DNA of 64,000 nt from Faecalibacterium prausnitzii (GTDB taxonomy: Bacteria; Actinomycetota; Coriobacteriia; Coriobacteriales; Coriobacteriaceae), in NCBI GenBank assembly GCA_963603165.1, contig CAVCLY010000001.1, forward strand, positions 1,860 to 65,859, in the 5' to 3' direction. This document shows positions 39,797 through 49,165 of the stretch, one piece after another. The notes beneath the pieces were generated by a model that searched no databases, was not told where the DNA came from, and saw only the letters and a program-made list of their open reading frames with translations. Position 1 is the stretch's first letter; every line of letters starts with the position of its first letter. The position numbers and the translations under genes are program-made.

Positions 39797-42700
39797 ATGA
39801 AAAAACGCGCTTTGGGAATCGTGCTCGCTGCCGCCATCGCCGCCTTTGCCGCGCCGTCGAACGCGACGGCCGCAACCCCCCCGTCCGTGACGCTGGGGAG
39901 CTATAGCACCGCATCCAACACGTTCGCCGCCGCCGAGGTGACGGGCGACGTCAAGACCCTTACCGTGTCGGTGAGCGGTGCCGGCAAGATCGCCGACACC
40001 ACGGGTGCCTCAACTACGGACCTCAACGGAACCAGCGCTACCTACGCTGTGGCTTCCGCCGCCGCTGCGCAGGAAAAGCTGCGCTCCCTCACCTTCAGCG
40101 GCACCAGCAATGCCACCGAGATCGAGGTCACGGCTGACGGCAACGAGACCTCCAAGCTGCCCGAGGGCGCTAAGCTGACCCAGGTGGGCGATCACTACTA
40201 CATGTGGGTCGGCGAGGTTCTCTCGTGGTCGGCCGCCTACAACAAGGCCAAGACCTTTAAGTACAACGGAATGCAGGGTTACCTGGCCACCATCACCAGC
40301 GATAGCGAGTACGCGGCGCTGCAGGCCATCAGCAAGCAGGGCTCGTGGGTCGGCGGCACCATCATGGTGTACAGCAGCGGCGCTAAGATCAACGACGAGA
40401 GTGAGCTTCCGCAAAAAGAGGGCGCATTCAAGTTCATGCGCGAGTATGGCGCGGAGGGCGTGGGCCAACGCGACATTGCCTATAACGATTACTACTGGGC
40501 ATGTGGTCCCGATGCCGGCAAATCGCTCAGTCCGCTGAGCACGCATAGCGACGGGGAGCCCAACGCATTCCGCCACACCAGGACCGTGGATGAGATCAAG
40601 CCTGCGTCCGTGACTGACGTTCTCAAGATGACCAAGTGGGAGTCTTGCTTGGTTGCCAACAACAGTGGCACCGACGTCATCAACGACCTTATCGAGCCGG
40701 GGCAGGACGGAATATACACCGGGTACTTTGTTGAGTTCGGCGGCTACGCCGAGGGCAAAGATCCGGGCAAGGGCGATCCCACGCTCACCACGGCCGTGTC
40801 CTACAGCTTTGCACACCAGCACGGCAGCTGGAGCTACTCGGCCGACGGTGCTACGCTGACCGCTACCTGTGGCGCCTCCGAGGGAGCCTGCGGGCTCACC
40901 GATCGCAAGGTCGCGTTGACGATTTCTGCTGAAGGCAAGACCTACGACGGTCAGGCCGCAAGCGTGACGGTGGGAACGCTCGCCGAGCAAAAGGCTTGGA
41001 AGGCTACGGACCTCTCCATTCCGTCCGTGACCTACAAGTACCGTGCGACGCCCGATGATGAGTGGGCCGACGCTACCGAGGCCGTGCGTGCCGGCTATTA
41101 CAAGGCGTGCATCAGCGGTGGCAGCGCGAGCGCCGAGGTGGAGTTCGCCATCAACAAGCGGGCCGTTACCGTCTCGGGGCTTACAGCCAAGGTCAAGACG
41201 TATGACGGAACGACCGATGCCGAGCTTGTCACGAGCGGCGCGGTGTTCGATAGCAAAGTGACGGGCGACAGCCTTTCCGTTACCGGCACGGCCGTGTTTG
41301 AGAGTCCGTCCGCAGGGGATGGCAAGCGCGTCGTTATCTCTGATCTTGCGCTGACGGGCGACTCCGCGGCCAACTACGAGCTGGCTGCCGAGGGCAACCA
41401 GACTACCGCGGGTTCCAACATCAACAAACGTGTGGTCGAGCTTACCTGGGGCAACGCCGAATTTGAATATGACGGCGAGTCTCATGCACCGACCTGCACG
41501 CTGGGAAACACCGTCGCGGGCGACGACGTGTCTGCAACCGTGAGCGGTGCTGAGACAAATGCCGGCAACGACTATGAGGCTGTTGTATCGCTGGGCGGCA
41601 ACGAAGCCAGTAACTACGCTCTGCCCGAATCGGCAACCAAGAAGTTCAGCATCGCCAAGGCCGGCATTGCACCCAGTGTGTCGCTCGACGGCTGGACATA
41701 TGGTGACGAGGCAAAGAGCCCGTCCGTGAGCGGCAACACCAGCGGCGGTGCGGTGACCTATACCTATTACGACGCCGAGGGCAACGCGCTCAGCGGCCAG
41801 CCGACGGATGCCGGCACCTACAGCGTTAAGGCCACGGTCGCCGAGACCGCCAACTACAAAGAGGCCACTACCAAGCCGTGCGAGTTCACCATCGCCCGCA
41901 AGGACATCTCCAACGCGACGATCGAGCTGGGCGATTCCCTCATCTGCAATGACGCCGAGCAGGAACAGACGGTGAAGTCCGTAACCGTGGACGGCCTTGC
42001 GGTGACCTATACCGTCTCAGACAACAAGGCTACGAAGGCGGGCGAGTACACGCTTACCGTAACCGGCACCGGTAACTTTACGGGCACCGCCACGAAGAAG
42101 TTCACTGTTGCCCCCAATCCCGATCAGGTGGCCGCAGACGAGGTTGCCGAGCTCATCGAGAAGATCGGCGATGTTAAGTACAACGACGATTCCAAGGAGG
42201 CCATCGAGGCCGCCAAGAAGGCCTACGACTCCCTGACCGACGAGCAGAAGGCGCGCGTCGATTCCAAGATTGTGGAGAAGCTCAAGCAGGCAGACGACGA
42301 GTACAAGAAGCTCGACGGCGAGGTCAAGGCAGCCGAGGATGCCGTCTCCAAGATCGGCGACGTCAAGTACGACGGGGCCTCCAAGGAGGCCATCGAGGCT
42401 GCTAAGAAGGCCTACGACGCGCTCGACGACGAGCAGAAGAAGGCCATCGACCCTAAGATCGTGGAGCTGCTCAAGAAGTCCGAGGACGAGTACAAAAAGC
42501 TCGACGACGAGGTCAAGGCGGCTGAGGACGCCGTCTCCAAGATCGGCGACGTCAAGTACGACGGGGCCTCCAAGGAGGCCATCGAGGCTGCTAAGAAGGC
42601 CTACGACGCGCTCGACGACGAGCAGAAGAAGGCCATCGACCCTAAGATCGTGGAGCTGCTCAAGAAGTCCGAGGACGAGTACGAAAAGCTCGACGACGAG

Positions 42701-43087
42701 GTCAAGGCGGCCGAGGAGGCTATTTCAAAGATCCTCGACGTGGACGCAACGGACGCCTCCAAGGAGGCCATCGAGGCTGCCAAGAAGGCCTACGACTCCC
42801 TGACCGACGAGCAGAAGAAGGCTATCGACGCCAAGTTCCCCAAGGCCGTGGCGAAGGCCGAGGAGACCTATACCGAGAAGGTTGCCGAGCAGAAGGCTGC
42901 TGCCGAGAAGGCTGCAGCTGAGAAGGCCGCTGCAGACGCCAAGGCCGCTGCTACCAAGAAGACCGTGACCACCAAGACCACGGTGATTCCCGCCACGGGC
43001 GACGTTTTGGATATCGCCGTTGTCGCCGTTGCGATCATGGGCATTGCCGCAATCGCGCTGGGCGCTGCGACTCGCCGCCGCAGCTAG
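39797..43087 (+). CDS. Sortase-anchored surface protein: signal peptide, C-type-lectin-like domain, YDG/MBG-like Ig domains, helical repeats
   Basis: MKKRALG signal; HYY..SWSAA..GYLATITS..WVGG..GEPN..C; KTYDGTT; C-terminal IPATG, TM helix, RRRS. Confidence 0.85.
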   Translation: MKKRALGIVLAAAIAAFAAPSNATAATPPSVTLGSYSTASNTFAAAEVTGDVKTLTVSVSGAGKIADTTGASTTDLNGTSATYAVASAAAAQEKLRSLTFSGTSNATEIEVTADGNETSKLPEGAKLTQVGDHYYMWVGEVLSWSAAYNKAKTFKYNGMQGYLATITSDSEYAALQAISKQGSWVGGTIMVYSSGAKINDESELPQKEGAFKFMREYGAEGVGQRDIAYNDYYWACGPDAGKSLSPLSTHSDGEPNAFRHTRTVDEIKPASVTDVLKMTKWESCLVANNSGTDVINDLIEPGQDGIYTGYFVEFGGYAEGKDPGKGDPTLTTAVSYSFAHQHGSWSYSADGATLTATCGASEGACGLTDRKVALTISAEGKTYDGQAASVTVGTLAEQKAWKATDLSIPSVTYKYRATPDDEWADATEAVRAGYYKACISGGSASAEVEFAINKRAVTVSGLTAKVKTYDGTTDAELVTSGAVFDSKVTGDSLSVTGTAVFESPSAGDGKRVVISDLALTGDSAANYELAAEGNQTTAGSNINKRVVELTWGNAEFEYDGESHAPTCTLGNTVAGDDVSATVSGAETNAGNDYEAVVSLGGNEASNYALPESATKKFSIAKAGIAPSVSLDGWTYGDEAKSPSVSGNTSGGAVTYTYYDAEGNALSGQPTDAGTYSVKATVAETANYKEATTKPCEFTIARKDISNATIELGDSLICNDAEQEQTVKSVTVDGLAVTYTVSDNKATKAGEYTLTVTGTGNFTGTATKKFTVAPNPDQVAADEVAELIEKIGDVKYNDDSKEAIEAAKKAYDSLTDEQKARVDSKIVEKLKQADDEYKKLDGEVKAAEDAVSKIGDVKYDGASKEAIEAAKKAYDALDDEQKKAIDPKIVELLKKSEDEYKKLDDEVKAAEDAVSKIGDVKYDGASKEAIEAAKKAYDALDDEQKKAIDPKIVELLKKSEDEYEKLDDEVKAAEEAISKILDVDATDASKEAIEAAKKAYDSLTDEQKKAIDAKFPKAVAKAEETYTEKVAEQKAAAEKAAAEKAAADAKAAATKKTVTTKTTVIPATGDVLDIAVVAVAIMGIAAIALGAATRRRS
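42161..42860 (+). repeat. Intragenic tandem repeat, 189-bp (63-aa) unit, about 3.7 copies
   Basis: Units start AAGATC at 42161, 42350, 42539 and 42728; the middle two are nearly identical. Confidence 0.95.
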
Positions 43088-43112
43088 TTCTGCGCGGCAT
43101 ATTCGCCAGTCG

Positions 43113-43147
43113 AAAGGCGGCTCGAGTAGATGCTCGGGCCGCTTTTT
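43113..43147 (+). terminator. Intrinsic terminator after the surface protein gene
   Basis: GCGGCTCGAG-TAGATG-CTCGGGCCGC plus T5. Confidence 0.8.
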
Positions 43148-43446
43148 ATGTTGAGCTGGACGGGAGAATGCGTCGGACGAGAAGCGAAGCGGCCGATTCC
43201 CGAGAGATGCAAGCGTGCCTGGGTGCCTCTGCTGACAAGAAAAACGCCCAGGCAGCGGGCTGCCGGGCGTTGATCGTCTAGGGCCCAGTTGGCAAAAAGC
43301 TTGTCCGCAGGTTAATACGAGCCAAAAGAGCCTTATGTTCGTCCCGCCAGGATGGCGATGCGGGACAGCAACTATATTGCGTGAGCAGCTCGTCTGCACC
43401 TATAGTTGCAGACGAGAAAAAACGTTCAATTTTGAAACGGTGCTCT

Positions 43447-44367
43447 ATGGCCATCGACTACCTCAGTGCAGAACAGGTACAGACGGAGATCGAGTCCTCT
43501 GTGCTCTACGTCGCCACGGATGGGATGGCTCCCGCGCCGCTCGTTCAGCAGGCTTACGATCGGGGTGCGCCGATCATGATCGAGGGTGAGCCGGGGAGCG
43601 GTAAAGCCGAGACAGCTGAGCTTATCTACCTTGGCGGGAGCTATACGGACCAGCCGTTTATTCGTATATCGTGCGATGTGCTCACCGACCGTGCGTGGAC
43701 ACATCTGCTCAAGAGCCATGAGTCGCCGCTCTATCGCAACGGTGCCACGCTGTTCTTTGACGCGCTCCATGGCCTGAGCGCCCGTCGTACCCGCGAGCTG
43801 CTCACCGTGGTGGGCGCCTCGGCCGCGTGCGAGCGCTGTCACGTGATCTTTGCCGGCAACGACGTTCCGGGCGGCGGCGAGTGCGACACCGTGGCGCTCT
43901 ATGCCGATCGCTTGAGTTGCGCCGTGTGCATGACGACGCCGTTGCGAAATCGCGATGACGTGGTGCCCTGCGCCGAGCGGTATCTGCGCTACCTTGCTCG
44001 GGCGTTCGGCGTTGGAGCCCCGCGCATCTCGGATGGTGCGGCTGCCCTGCTCAAGGCTTATGCGTGGCCGCGTAACTTTCTGCAGCTCCGCGAGGTGTGT
44101 GAGCGCTCTTTTATTCTTGCAGCCGATTCGGACGTGAGCGAAGAGACCGTCCGCGAAGTGCTTGCACAGGAGGGCGTGATCCGGTCGGTGGCGTTCTCGA
44201 CGCCGCGCTCCGATACCGACCTGTATGTGCTGCGCCCGCTTGCCGAGATCGAGTGCGACATCGCGCGCATGGTTGTGGACTACCTTGGCGGCAATAAGAC
44301 GCGTGCGGCCGAGGTGCTGGGCATCAGCCGCACCACGCTTTGGCGCCTGCTCAAAGACGGGTCGTAG
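43447..44367 (+). CDS. Fis-HTH regulator with degenerate sigma54-activator-like AAA+ domain (PrpR-like C-terminal half)
   Basis: IEGEPGSGK, YAWPRNFLQL, GGNKTRAAEVLGISRTTLWR; no GAFTGA; start could be GTG 43381. Confidence 0.8.
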   Translation: MAIDYLSAEQVQTEIESSVLYVATDGMAPAPLVQQAYDRGAPIMIEGEPGSGKAETAELIYLGGSYTDQPFIRISCDVLTDRAWTHLLKSHESPLYRNGATLFFDALHGLSARRTRELLTVVGASAACERCHVIFAGNDVPGGGECDTVALYADRLSCAVCMTTPLRNRDDVVPCAERYLRYLARAFGVGAPRISDGAAALLKAYAWPRNFLQLREVCERSFILAADSDVSEETVREVLAQEGVIRSVAFSTPRSDTDLYVLRPLAEIECDIARMVVDYLGGNKTRAAEVLGISRTTLWRLLKDGS

Positions 44368-44488
44368 GCTTTGCGGCCAACGCTCCCGCTTTGCGCGCTT
44401 ACGCTCGGCGGTGGCATGCGGCGAGAACCCCCTGCTTTGTTACGATGTTGAGTCATAGGAACCGGTGGGGAGAAGAAGGGGGTCTGCC

Positions 44489-46105
44489 GTGGCTGCCTTT
44501 GGTGATAGCGGATCGCGCAGAAGAGAACCGCAGCGCGGTGGTGCGCGGCGAACACCAGGCCCTCGTCGTCAGCGTCCGGGCAGCTCAGCCAATGGCTCTC
44601 GGCGTTCCGCCTCGCCAAGGCCGGGTTTGTTTCGACGTTCGGCGCCTGCCCGATCCGGCTCGCTCCGCCTGAGCGGCTCCTCTCAAAAGAAAACAGGTCG
44701 CTCGCGCTCGGGCTATTATCTCAACCACAGCTCTGTCGGCGGCTCGTCGCGCACCCGCTCGCGCGCGATGGGCAGGGCGCATGCTCGTGCGAATGCAGGC
44801 TCTGTGCTCCGACGCTATCTTCCTGCGGCCGTATGCGTGGCCGTGGTGGTGCTCGTGCTCTGGGGTATCGGCTCCGCTGTGAGCGGCGGCTTGAGCAAAA
44901 AGGAGTTCACGGCCACGCAGAAGGTGGTCGCGAGCGGTACGGCCAAGCGCCTCTCTGCTGCCATCAAGAGCGCCCGCAAGAACTCGACGAATGCCGATAC
45001 CGTGGTGCTCGATGCCGGCAGAACCACCAAAACGGGCGACGGCAAGGTGACCTTTAGCGCCGTGGGCGACAACCTCGCCAATCAGAACATCATCGATCTT
45101 GCCAATTCCAACACGGGCTCCACCACCGACGGGGCCTACGACTTTACGCCCTTCTACAAGGACATCAAAAAGAAGGTCAAGAGCTACGACATCTCGTTCG
45201 TGAACCAAGAGACCACGCTCGGCGGTGACGATGCCTACGGCTACAACGGATATCCGAGCTATAACACGCCCGACAGCATGGCCGATGCCGTGGCCGATAC
45301 GGGCTGGCGCGTGGTGAACACCAATTCCAACCACACGTACGACACGTGGGTCTCGAGCATTAAGCACGCGCAGGAGACCTGGAGCAAAAAGAGCGACAAG
45401 CTCCTGACAATCGGCAGTTACAAGAACAAGGCCGACCGCAACAAGATCCGTATCGTGGAGTGCAACGGCCTGCGGTTTGCGTTTCTCTCGTACTCCTATG
45501 GCCAGAACGGCTACACGCAAGACCAGCTCCCCAACAAGTACTATGCCGTGCCGTACGAGACGGAGCGCATGCAAAAGGACGTGGCGGCCGCGCGCAAGGT
45601 GGCCGATGCCGTGATCGTGTACATGCACTGGGGCGAGGAGTACCAAAACGACCCGAGCGAAACGCAGAAGGCCGAGGCGCAGGAGCTTGCCGACGCGGGC
45701 GTTGATCTGGTGATCGGCAGTCATGTGCACGTGATCCAGCCCATGGAGTGGGTGAGCGGCGAGGGCGGAAAAACGCTCGTGGTGTACGGCCTCGGCGACT
45801 TCTTGAGCGGCTACAGCAAACCCGATTGCATTCTCTCGGGCATGTTCAGCTGCACCTTTAAGCGCGTAAAGGGAGGTTCGACCGGCAAGGGCAAAAAGCT
45901 CCGCCATGTGAAAATCGCGGACGTGGTGTGGACGCCGCTCATCGAGCACTGGTCCGGCGGCCAAGACTCGGTGCGCATGGTCAAGGACTATACCGAGAGC
46001 GAGGCTTCGGCCAACGAGCTGCTCAAGCGCCAGAGCAACCCGCTTACCTGGTGCAAGGAGAAGACGAAGGAAGTTATCGGCGACGACTTTACTATCGACA
46101 TGTAG
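44489..46105 (+). CDS. CapA/PGA_cap-family membrane-anchored metallophosphoesterase
   Basis: AVGDNL, NQET, NSNHTYD, MHWGEEY, IGSHVHVIQP, YGLGDF; Arg/Ser-rich N-terminus then one TM. Confidence 0.88.
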   Translation: MAAFGDSGSRRREPQRGGARRTPGPRRQRPGSSANGSRRSASPRPGLFRRSAPARSGSLRLSGSSQKKTGRSRSGYYLNHSSVGGSSRTRSRAMGRAHARANAGSVLRRYLPAAVCVAVVVLVLWGIGSAVSGGLSKKEFTATQKVVASGTAKRLSAAIKSARKNSTNADTVVLDAGRTTKTGDGKVTFSAVGDNLANQNIIDLANSNTGSTTDGAYDFTPFYKDIKKKVKSYDISFVNQETTLGGDDAYGYNGYPSYNTPDSMADAVADTGWRVVNTNSNHTYDTWVSSIKHAQETWSKKSDKLLTIGSYKNKADRNKIRIVECNGLRFAFLSYSYGQNGYTQDQLPNKYYAVPYETERMQKDVAAARKVADAVIVYMHWGEEYQNDPSETQKAEAQELADAGVDLVIGSHVHVIQPMEWVSGEGGKTLVVYGLGDFLSGYSKPDCILSGMFSCTFKRVKGGSTGKGKKLRHVKIADVVWTPLIEHWSGGQDSVRMVKDYTESEASANELLKRQSNPLTWCKEKTKEVIGDDFTIDM

Positions 46106-46341
46106 CAGGATGGCGTGTTGCGCCGGGCGGGCGGTGCGCACGTCGGCGGTCGTTACGGTTCCGGCGGTTTAAGAGAAGAGCTGCCGCGGCTGCCAGCTTG
46201 AGGATGTTCACCGACCGATGGAGCGCGGCGCACCCGAGGCCGGGGCGCGCTGGCCGGACCTGCCGAGCGCGAATTGCGGTCCGGCATATCGGGCAGGCGC
46301 GCTAGAGTGCAAAACCACTGGCGGGTAAGCCGTTTGCAGAG

Positions 46342-46384
46342 AAAAAGGACCCGGCGCGCGAGCGATGAGCTGCGTGCCGGGTCC
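46342..46384 (-). terminator. Intrinsic terminator for the nitroreductase gene
   Basis: A5 then GGACCCGGCGCGC...GCGTGCCGGGTCC on the plus strand. Confidence 0.7.
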
Positions 46385-46420
46385 CGCTATTTGGAAGCCT
46401 CTATGGTGCGGAAGCCGAGA

Positions 46421-46942
46421 CTACTTGACGTAGACCACGTTCTCGCGACGAGGCTTTGCCTCTGCGACCGGGTTGTCGCTATAGCCGAGCACGCAGTGGC
46501 CCACGCCGCGCAGGCTGCCGTCGGCGGGCAGGCCCCATTTGGCGAGGAGCGCCTTGCCCTCCTCGGACTCGAACTCTTCCTTGGCACGGTGGACCCAGAT
46601 GGACTGAACGCCGAGCGCGTTCGCGGCATTCATGAGGTTGCCCATGGCGAGCGCGCCGTCCTCAACGCAGGTGGGCACAGAGCTGTCGACCAGCACGACC
46701 ACGACGGTCTTGCCCCCATAGAACGGGTCGATCTGGGCGCCCATGATCTGGGCGTTCATGCGCGAGAGGGTGGCGACGGTCTCGGGGTCGCTCACCACGA
46801 CGAATGTGGCGGCCTGCTTGCCCATGCCGTTGGCGGCAAAGCGGCCGGCCTCGACGATCTTGTCGACGGTCTCGGCGGGAACGGGCTGATCGTTGAACGA
46901 GCGGCAGCTGCGCCTCGTGGTCATGCATTCAAGTGCGTCCAT
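46421..46942 (-). CDS. Nitroreductase-family protein
   Basis: TRRSCRSF, AANGMGKQ, EDGALAMGNLMNAANALGVQSIW, LGY. Confidence 0.92.
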   Translation of the reverse strand: MDALECMTTRRSCRSFNDQPVPAETVDKIVEAGRFAANGMGKQAATFVVVSDPETVATLSRMNAQIMGAQIDPFYGGKTVVVVLVDSSVPTCVEDGALAMGNLMNAANALGVQSIWVHRAKEEFESEEGKALLAKWGLPADGSLRGVGHCVLGYSDNPVAEAKPRRENVVYVK

Positions 46943-47264
46943 GGTTGGTCCTCTCTTTGTTGGAGCGATCGGGTGTGCATTGCGCCCGACGGGGCGGTTA
47001 TACCCGCAAGGGGTCTGCGTTTAAACAAATGTTGCCAGCTCGTGTGAGAAGAGCGGTAGCTGCGCTTTTGGTTGCGGGTGGCGATGGGACGTTATGAATA
47101 TGCCGTGATTGAAAAAACGTGTTATCCCGTTCGCCGACGCCGACCGCGCGGTTCACCTAAATCTGCTGCCAAGTTAGTTGGAAACGGGCTTTACTGATGT
47201 CACTACCCAGCTGATGCGGCGCGGTTCGGCTGAGCGTGCGCCCGATGAGACCAGGAGGTCGGTC

Positions 47265-47579
47265 ATGTTCAACCCCGGAGCGGCTGTCGATACGGACTTT
47301 GAGGGATTTCTGAAGTATCTGCGTGCCAAGACGCGCGCGTTCCTCACCATCGACGATCACCAGTACTACGTGACGCACACCGACGGCTACTGGCGCGTTC
47401 AGGATTGCTCTGAGCTCAACGAGAAGGGTCACTTCTCCGACTGCTCCGAGCTCGTGACCACCATGCCAGAGCTCGTTGAGCTTGCGTGGCTCGGCGGCAA
47501 GAGCGTGCATGACCTGTTCCCCAAGACCGTGGTTGTCGAGGCCGTCGAGGTTGTTCCGGAGCTCGCTCCCGCAGCGTAG
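47265..47579 (+). CDS. Conserved-looking hypothetical protein (104 aa)
   Basis: AGGAGG RBS, host-like codon usage; no motif recognised. Confidence 0.7.
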   Translation: MFNPGAAVDTDFEGFLKYLRAKTRAFLTIDDHQYYVTHTDGYWRVQDCSELNEKGHFSDCSELVTTMPELVELAWLGGKSVHDLFPKTVVVEAVEVVPELAPAA

Positions 47580-47706
47580 TTTTTTGCGCGTTTCCACATA
47601 ATGCGGTTATAAGGCCGTCGGCGCAGTCTCCCATGCGTCGGCGGCTTTATATTTGGCGCGTCCCAGAATCTCAAGCCGTATGCTATGGCGTATAGGCTTT
47701 TAGGAT

Positions 47707-47743
47707 AAAAGGAGCGTCCGAACATTATTCGAACGCTCCTTTT
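47707..47743. terminator. Bidirectional terminator between convergent genes
   Basis: AAAAGGAGCGT...ACGCTCCTTTT. Confidence 0.75.
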
Positions 47744-47762
47744 GGTGGTCTGTTCCGCTACG

Positions 47763-48515
47763 TTATCGCGTTACATACAAGTCTGCCCTGTAGTAGTTTT
47801 CGGTTTCGTTTGGTGCGGATGTGATGATGCCGCCGTCGTTCCAAGTTGAACCGGATCCGCCTTCGCTACCGATGATCCTATCGAATTCGGTGCCTATTGC
47901 GGTGGCGTCTTCCGCCATCTCGTAGTGCTCAGCTGCGTCAATGATGCACTGGCGCATGTTCGAAAAATCGGCATCGGAATTACCGTAGACGGAGATGATT
48001 GCCTTGTACTGACCTGCCGTAGGCTTAGAGACTTCAACCTTGAGAGAGTATGAGCTTGTGTCGAATTCCTGCGACTCGGGTTGCTCAGCGTTCGCATCGT
48101 CGGCTTCCTTGCTGCTGTCCGACTTTTTCGCGGACGTATCTTTCGTCTTATTGTCCGCGGCTGTTTGTTTTTGAGTTTGTTCGGTGGTGCCGGTCGTGTT
48201 GTTCTGCTTGCCCATGCCAGAGAGGGCGCCGAGCAGGCAGAGTGAAATGAGCGCACATAAAACTCCGGCGAGAAGTTTGCGGGTGATTGGGGCCATCTTG
48301 AGTCCCCGCTGAACGAGCCCAGAATCGGGCTTCTGCTGAACGTATTGGCGCCAGACATATCTGATCAGGAACCACAGGCCAATACCGGCTGCGATGGCTC
48401 CAACGTAGGCCAAGATGGCTATGGCCATGCAAACAACGAATACCCAGGCGAAGAGCACGAGACAACCACGCGTGCAGCCTTGGTTCTTCTGCTGGATTAT
48501 GATTTTTTTTGTCAT
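47763..48515 (-). CDS. Hypothetical membrane protein
   Basis: N-terminal hydrophobic segments, Thr/Lys/Ser linker, small C-terminal domain; more AT-rich than neighbours. Confidence 0.75.
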   Translation of the reverse strand: MTKKIIIQQKNQGCTRGCLVLFAWVFVVCMAIAILAYVGAIAAGIGLWFLIRYVWRQYVQQKPDSGLVQRGLKMAPITRKLLAGVLCALISLCLLGALSGMGKQNNTTGTTEQTQKQTAADNKTKDTSAKKSDSSKEADDANAEQPESQEFDTSSYSLKVEVSKPTAGQYKAIISVYGNSDADFSNMRQCIIDAAEHYEMAEDATAIGTEFDRIIGSEGGSGSTWNDGGIITSAPNETENYYRADLYVTR

Positions 48516-48603
48516 GAGAAATCCCTACTGAACGAGGTCGAAACAAATACGAACTTCAGTTTAAAGCATAAGCTCCATTGACCAGCGATCGCATTAATCA
48601 AGA

Positions 48604-48672
48604 AAGTATGAATTCGGACTACCTCTAGCGGTTAATCCGAACTCGGACTACACTTAGTCCAAAATCGGATTA
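48604..48672. promoter_or_regulatory. Three MarR-type palindromic operators
   Basis: AAGTATGAATTCGGACTA (48604), TAATCCGAACTCGGACTA (48633), TAGTCCAAAATCGGATTA (48655); consensus TAGTCCGA-N2-TCGGACTA. Confidence 0.8.
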
Positions 48673-48691
48673 TCGATAGAGGAGGATGAAC

Positions 48692-49165
48692 ATGGCCGAG
48701 CGCTCAGTCGACGAGCTCTTGGGGGAGTTCTATCACAGCTACAACGAGATCGACCGGCTCTACAGCATCATCGCGCACAACGCCGGGCTCTCGGATTGCG
48801 CGTACTGCCTGATGTTCGACATCGCCAAGAACGGGGGCACGGCTGCGCTCAGCACCATGTGCGGGGAGTGGGCCTACAGCAAACAGACCATCAGTTCGGC
48901 GATCAAGTCGCTCGAGGGCAAGGGGCTGATCGAGCTGTCGTTCGTTGAGGGGAGCCGCAAGAACAAGATGGCGAGCCTCACCGATGCCGGGCGCGAGCTA
49001 TCCGAGCAGTTCGTCGATCCCGCCGCGATGGCCGAGTTCCGCGCGCTCGAGGCCCTGAGCCTGCAGGAACGCGGGCAGCTGGTGGCGCTCCTGCGTCGCT
49101 ATGCCGATGCACTCGCGCTCGAGCTCTCGCGCATGACCGAAGGCGAGAGCGAGGTGGGCGCGTAA
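48692..49165 (+). CDS. MarR-family transcriptional regulator
   Basis: SKQTISSAIKSLEGKGLI...RKNKMASLTDAG winged helix; GAGGAGG RBS. Confidence 0.92.
   Translation: MAERSVDELLGEFYHSYNEIDRLYSIIAHNAGLSDCAYCLMFDIAKNGGTAALSTMCGEWAYSKQTISSAIKSLEGKGLIELSFVEGSRKNKMASLTDAGRELSEQFVDPAAMAEFRALEALSLQERGQLVALLRRYADALALELSRMTEGESEVGA

Noticed and set aside
42161..42860. CRISPR or non-coding repeat array
   Set aside because: 189-bp in-frame coding repeats without unique spacers
44489..46105. Poly-gamma-glutamate capsule locus
   Set aside because: CapA-family gene is alone, with no capB/capC; stand-alone homologs are common
46943..47264. Riboswitch upstream of the 104-aa hypothetical gene
   Set aside because: GCCGACCGCGC/GCGCGGTTCGGC could pair, but no known aptamer consensus was recognised; needs an Rfam scan
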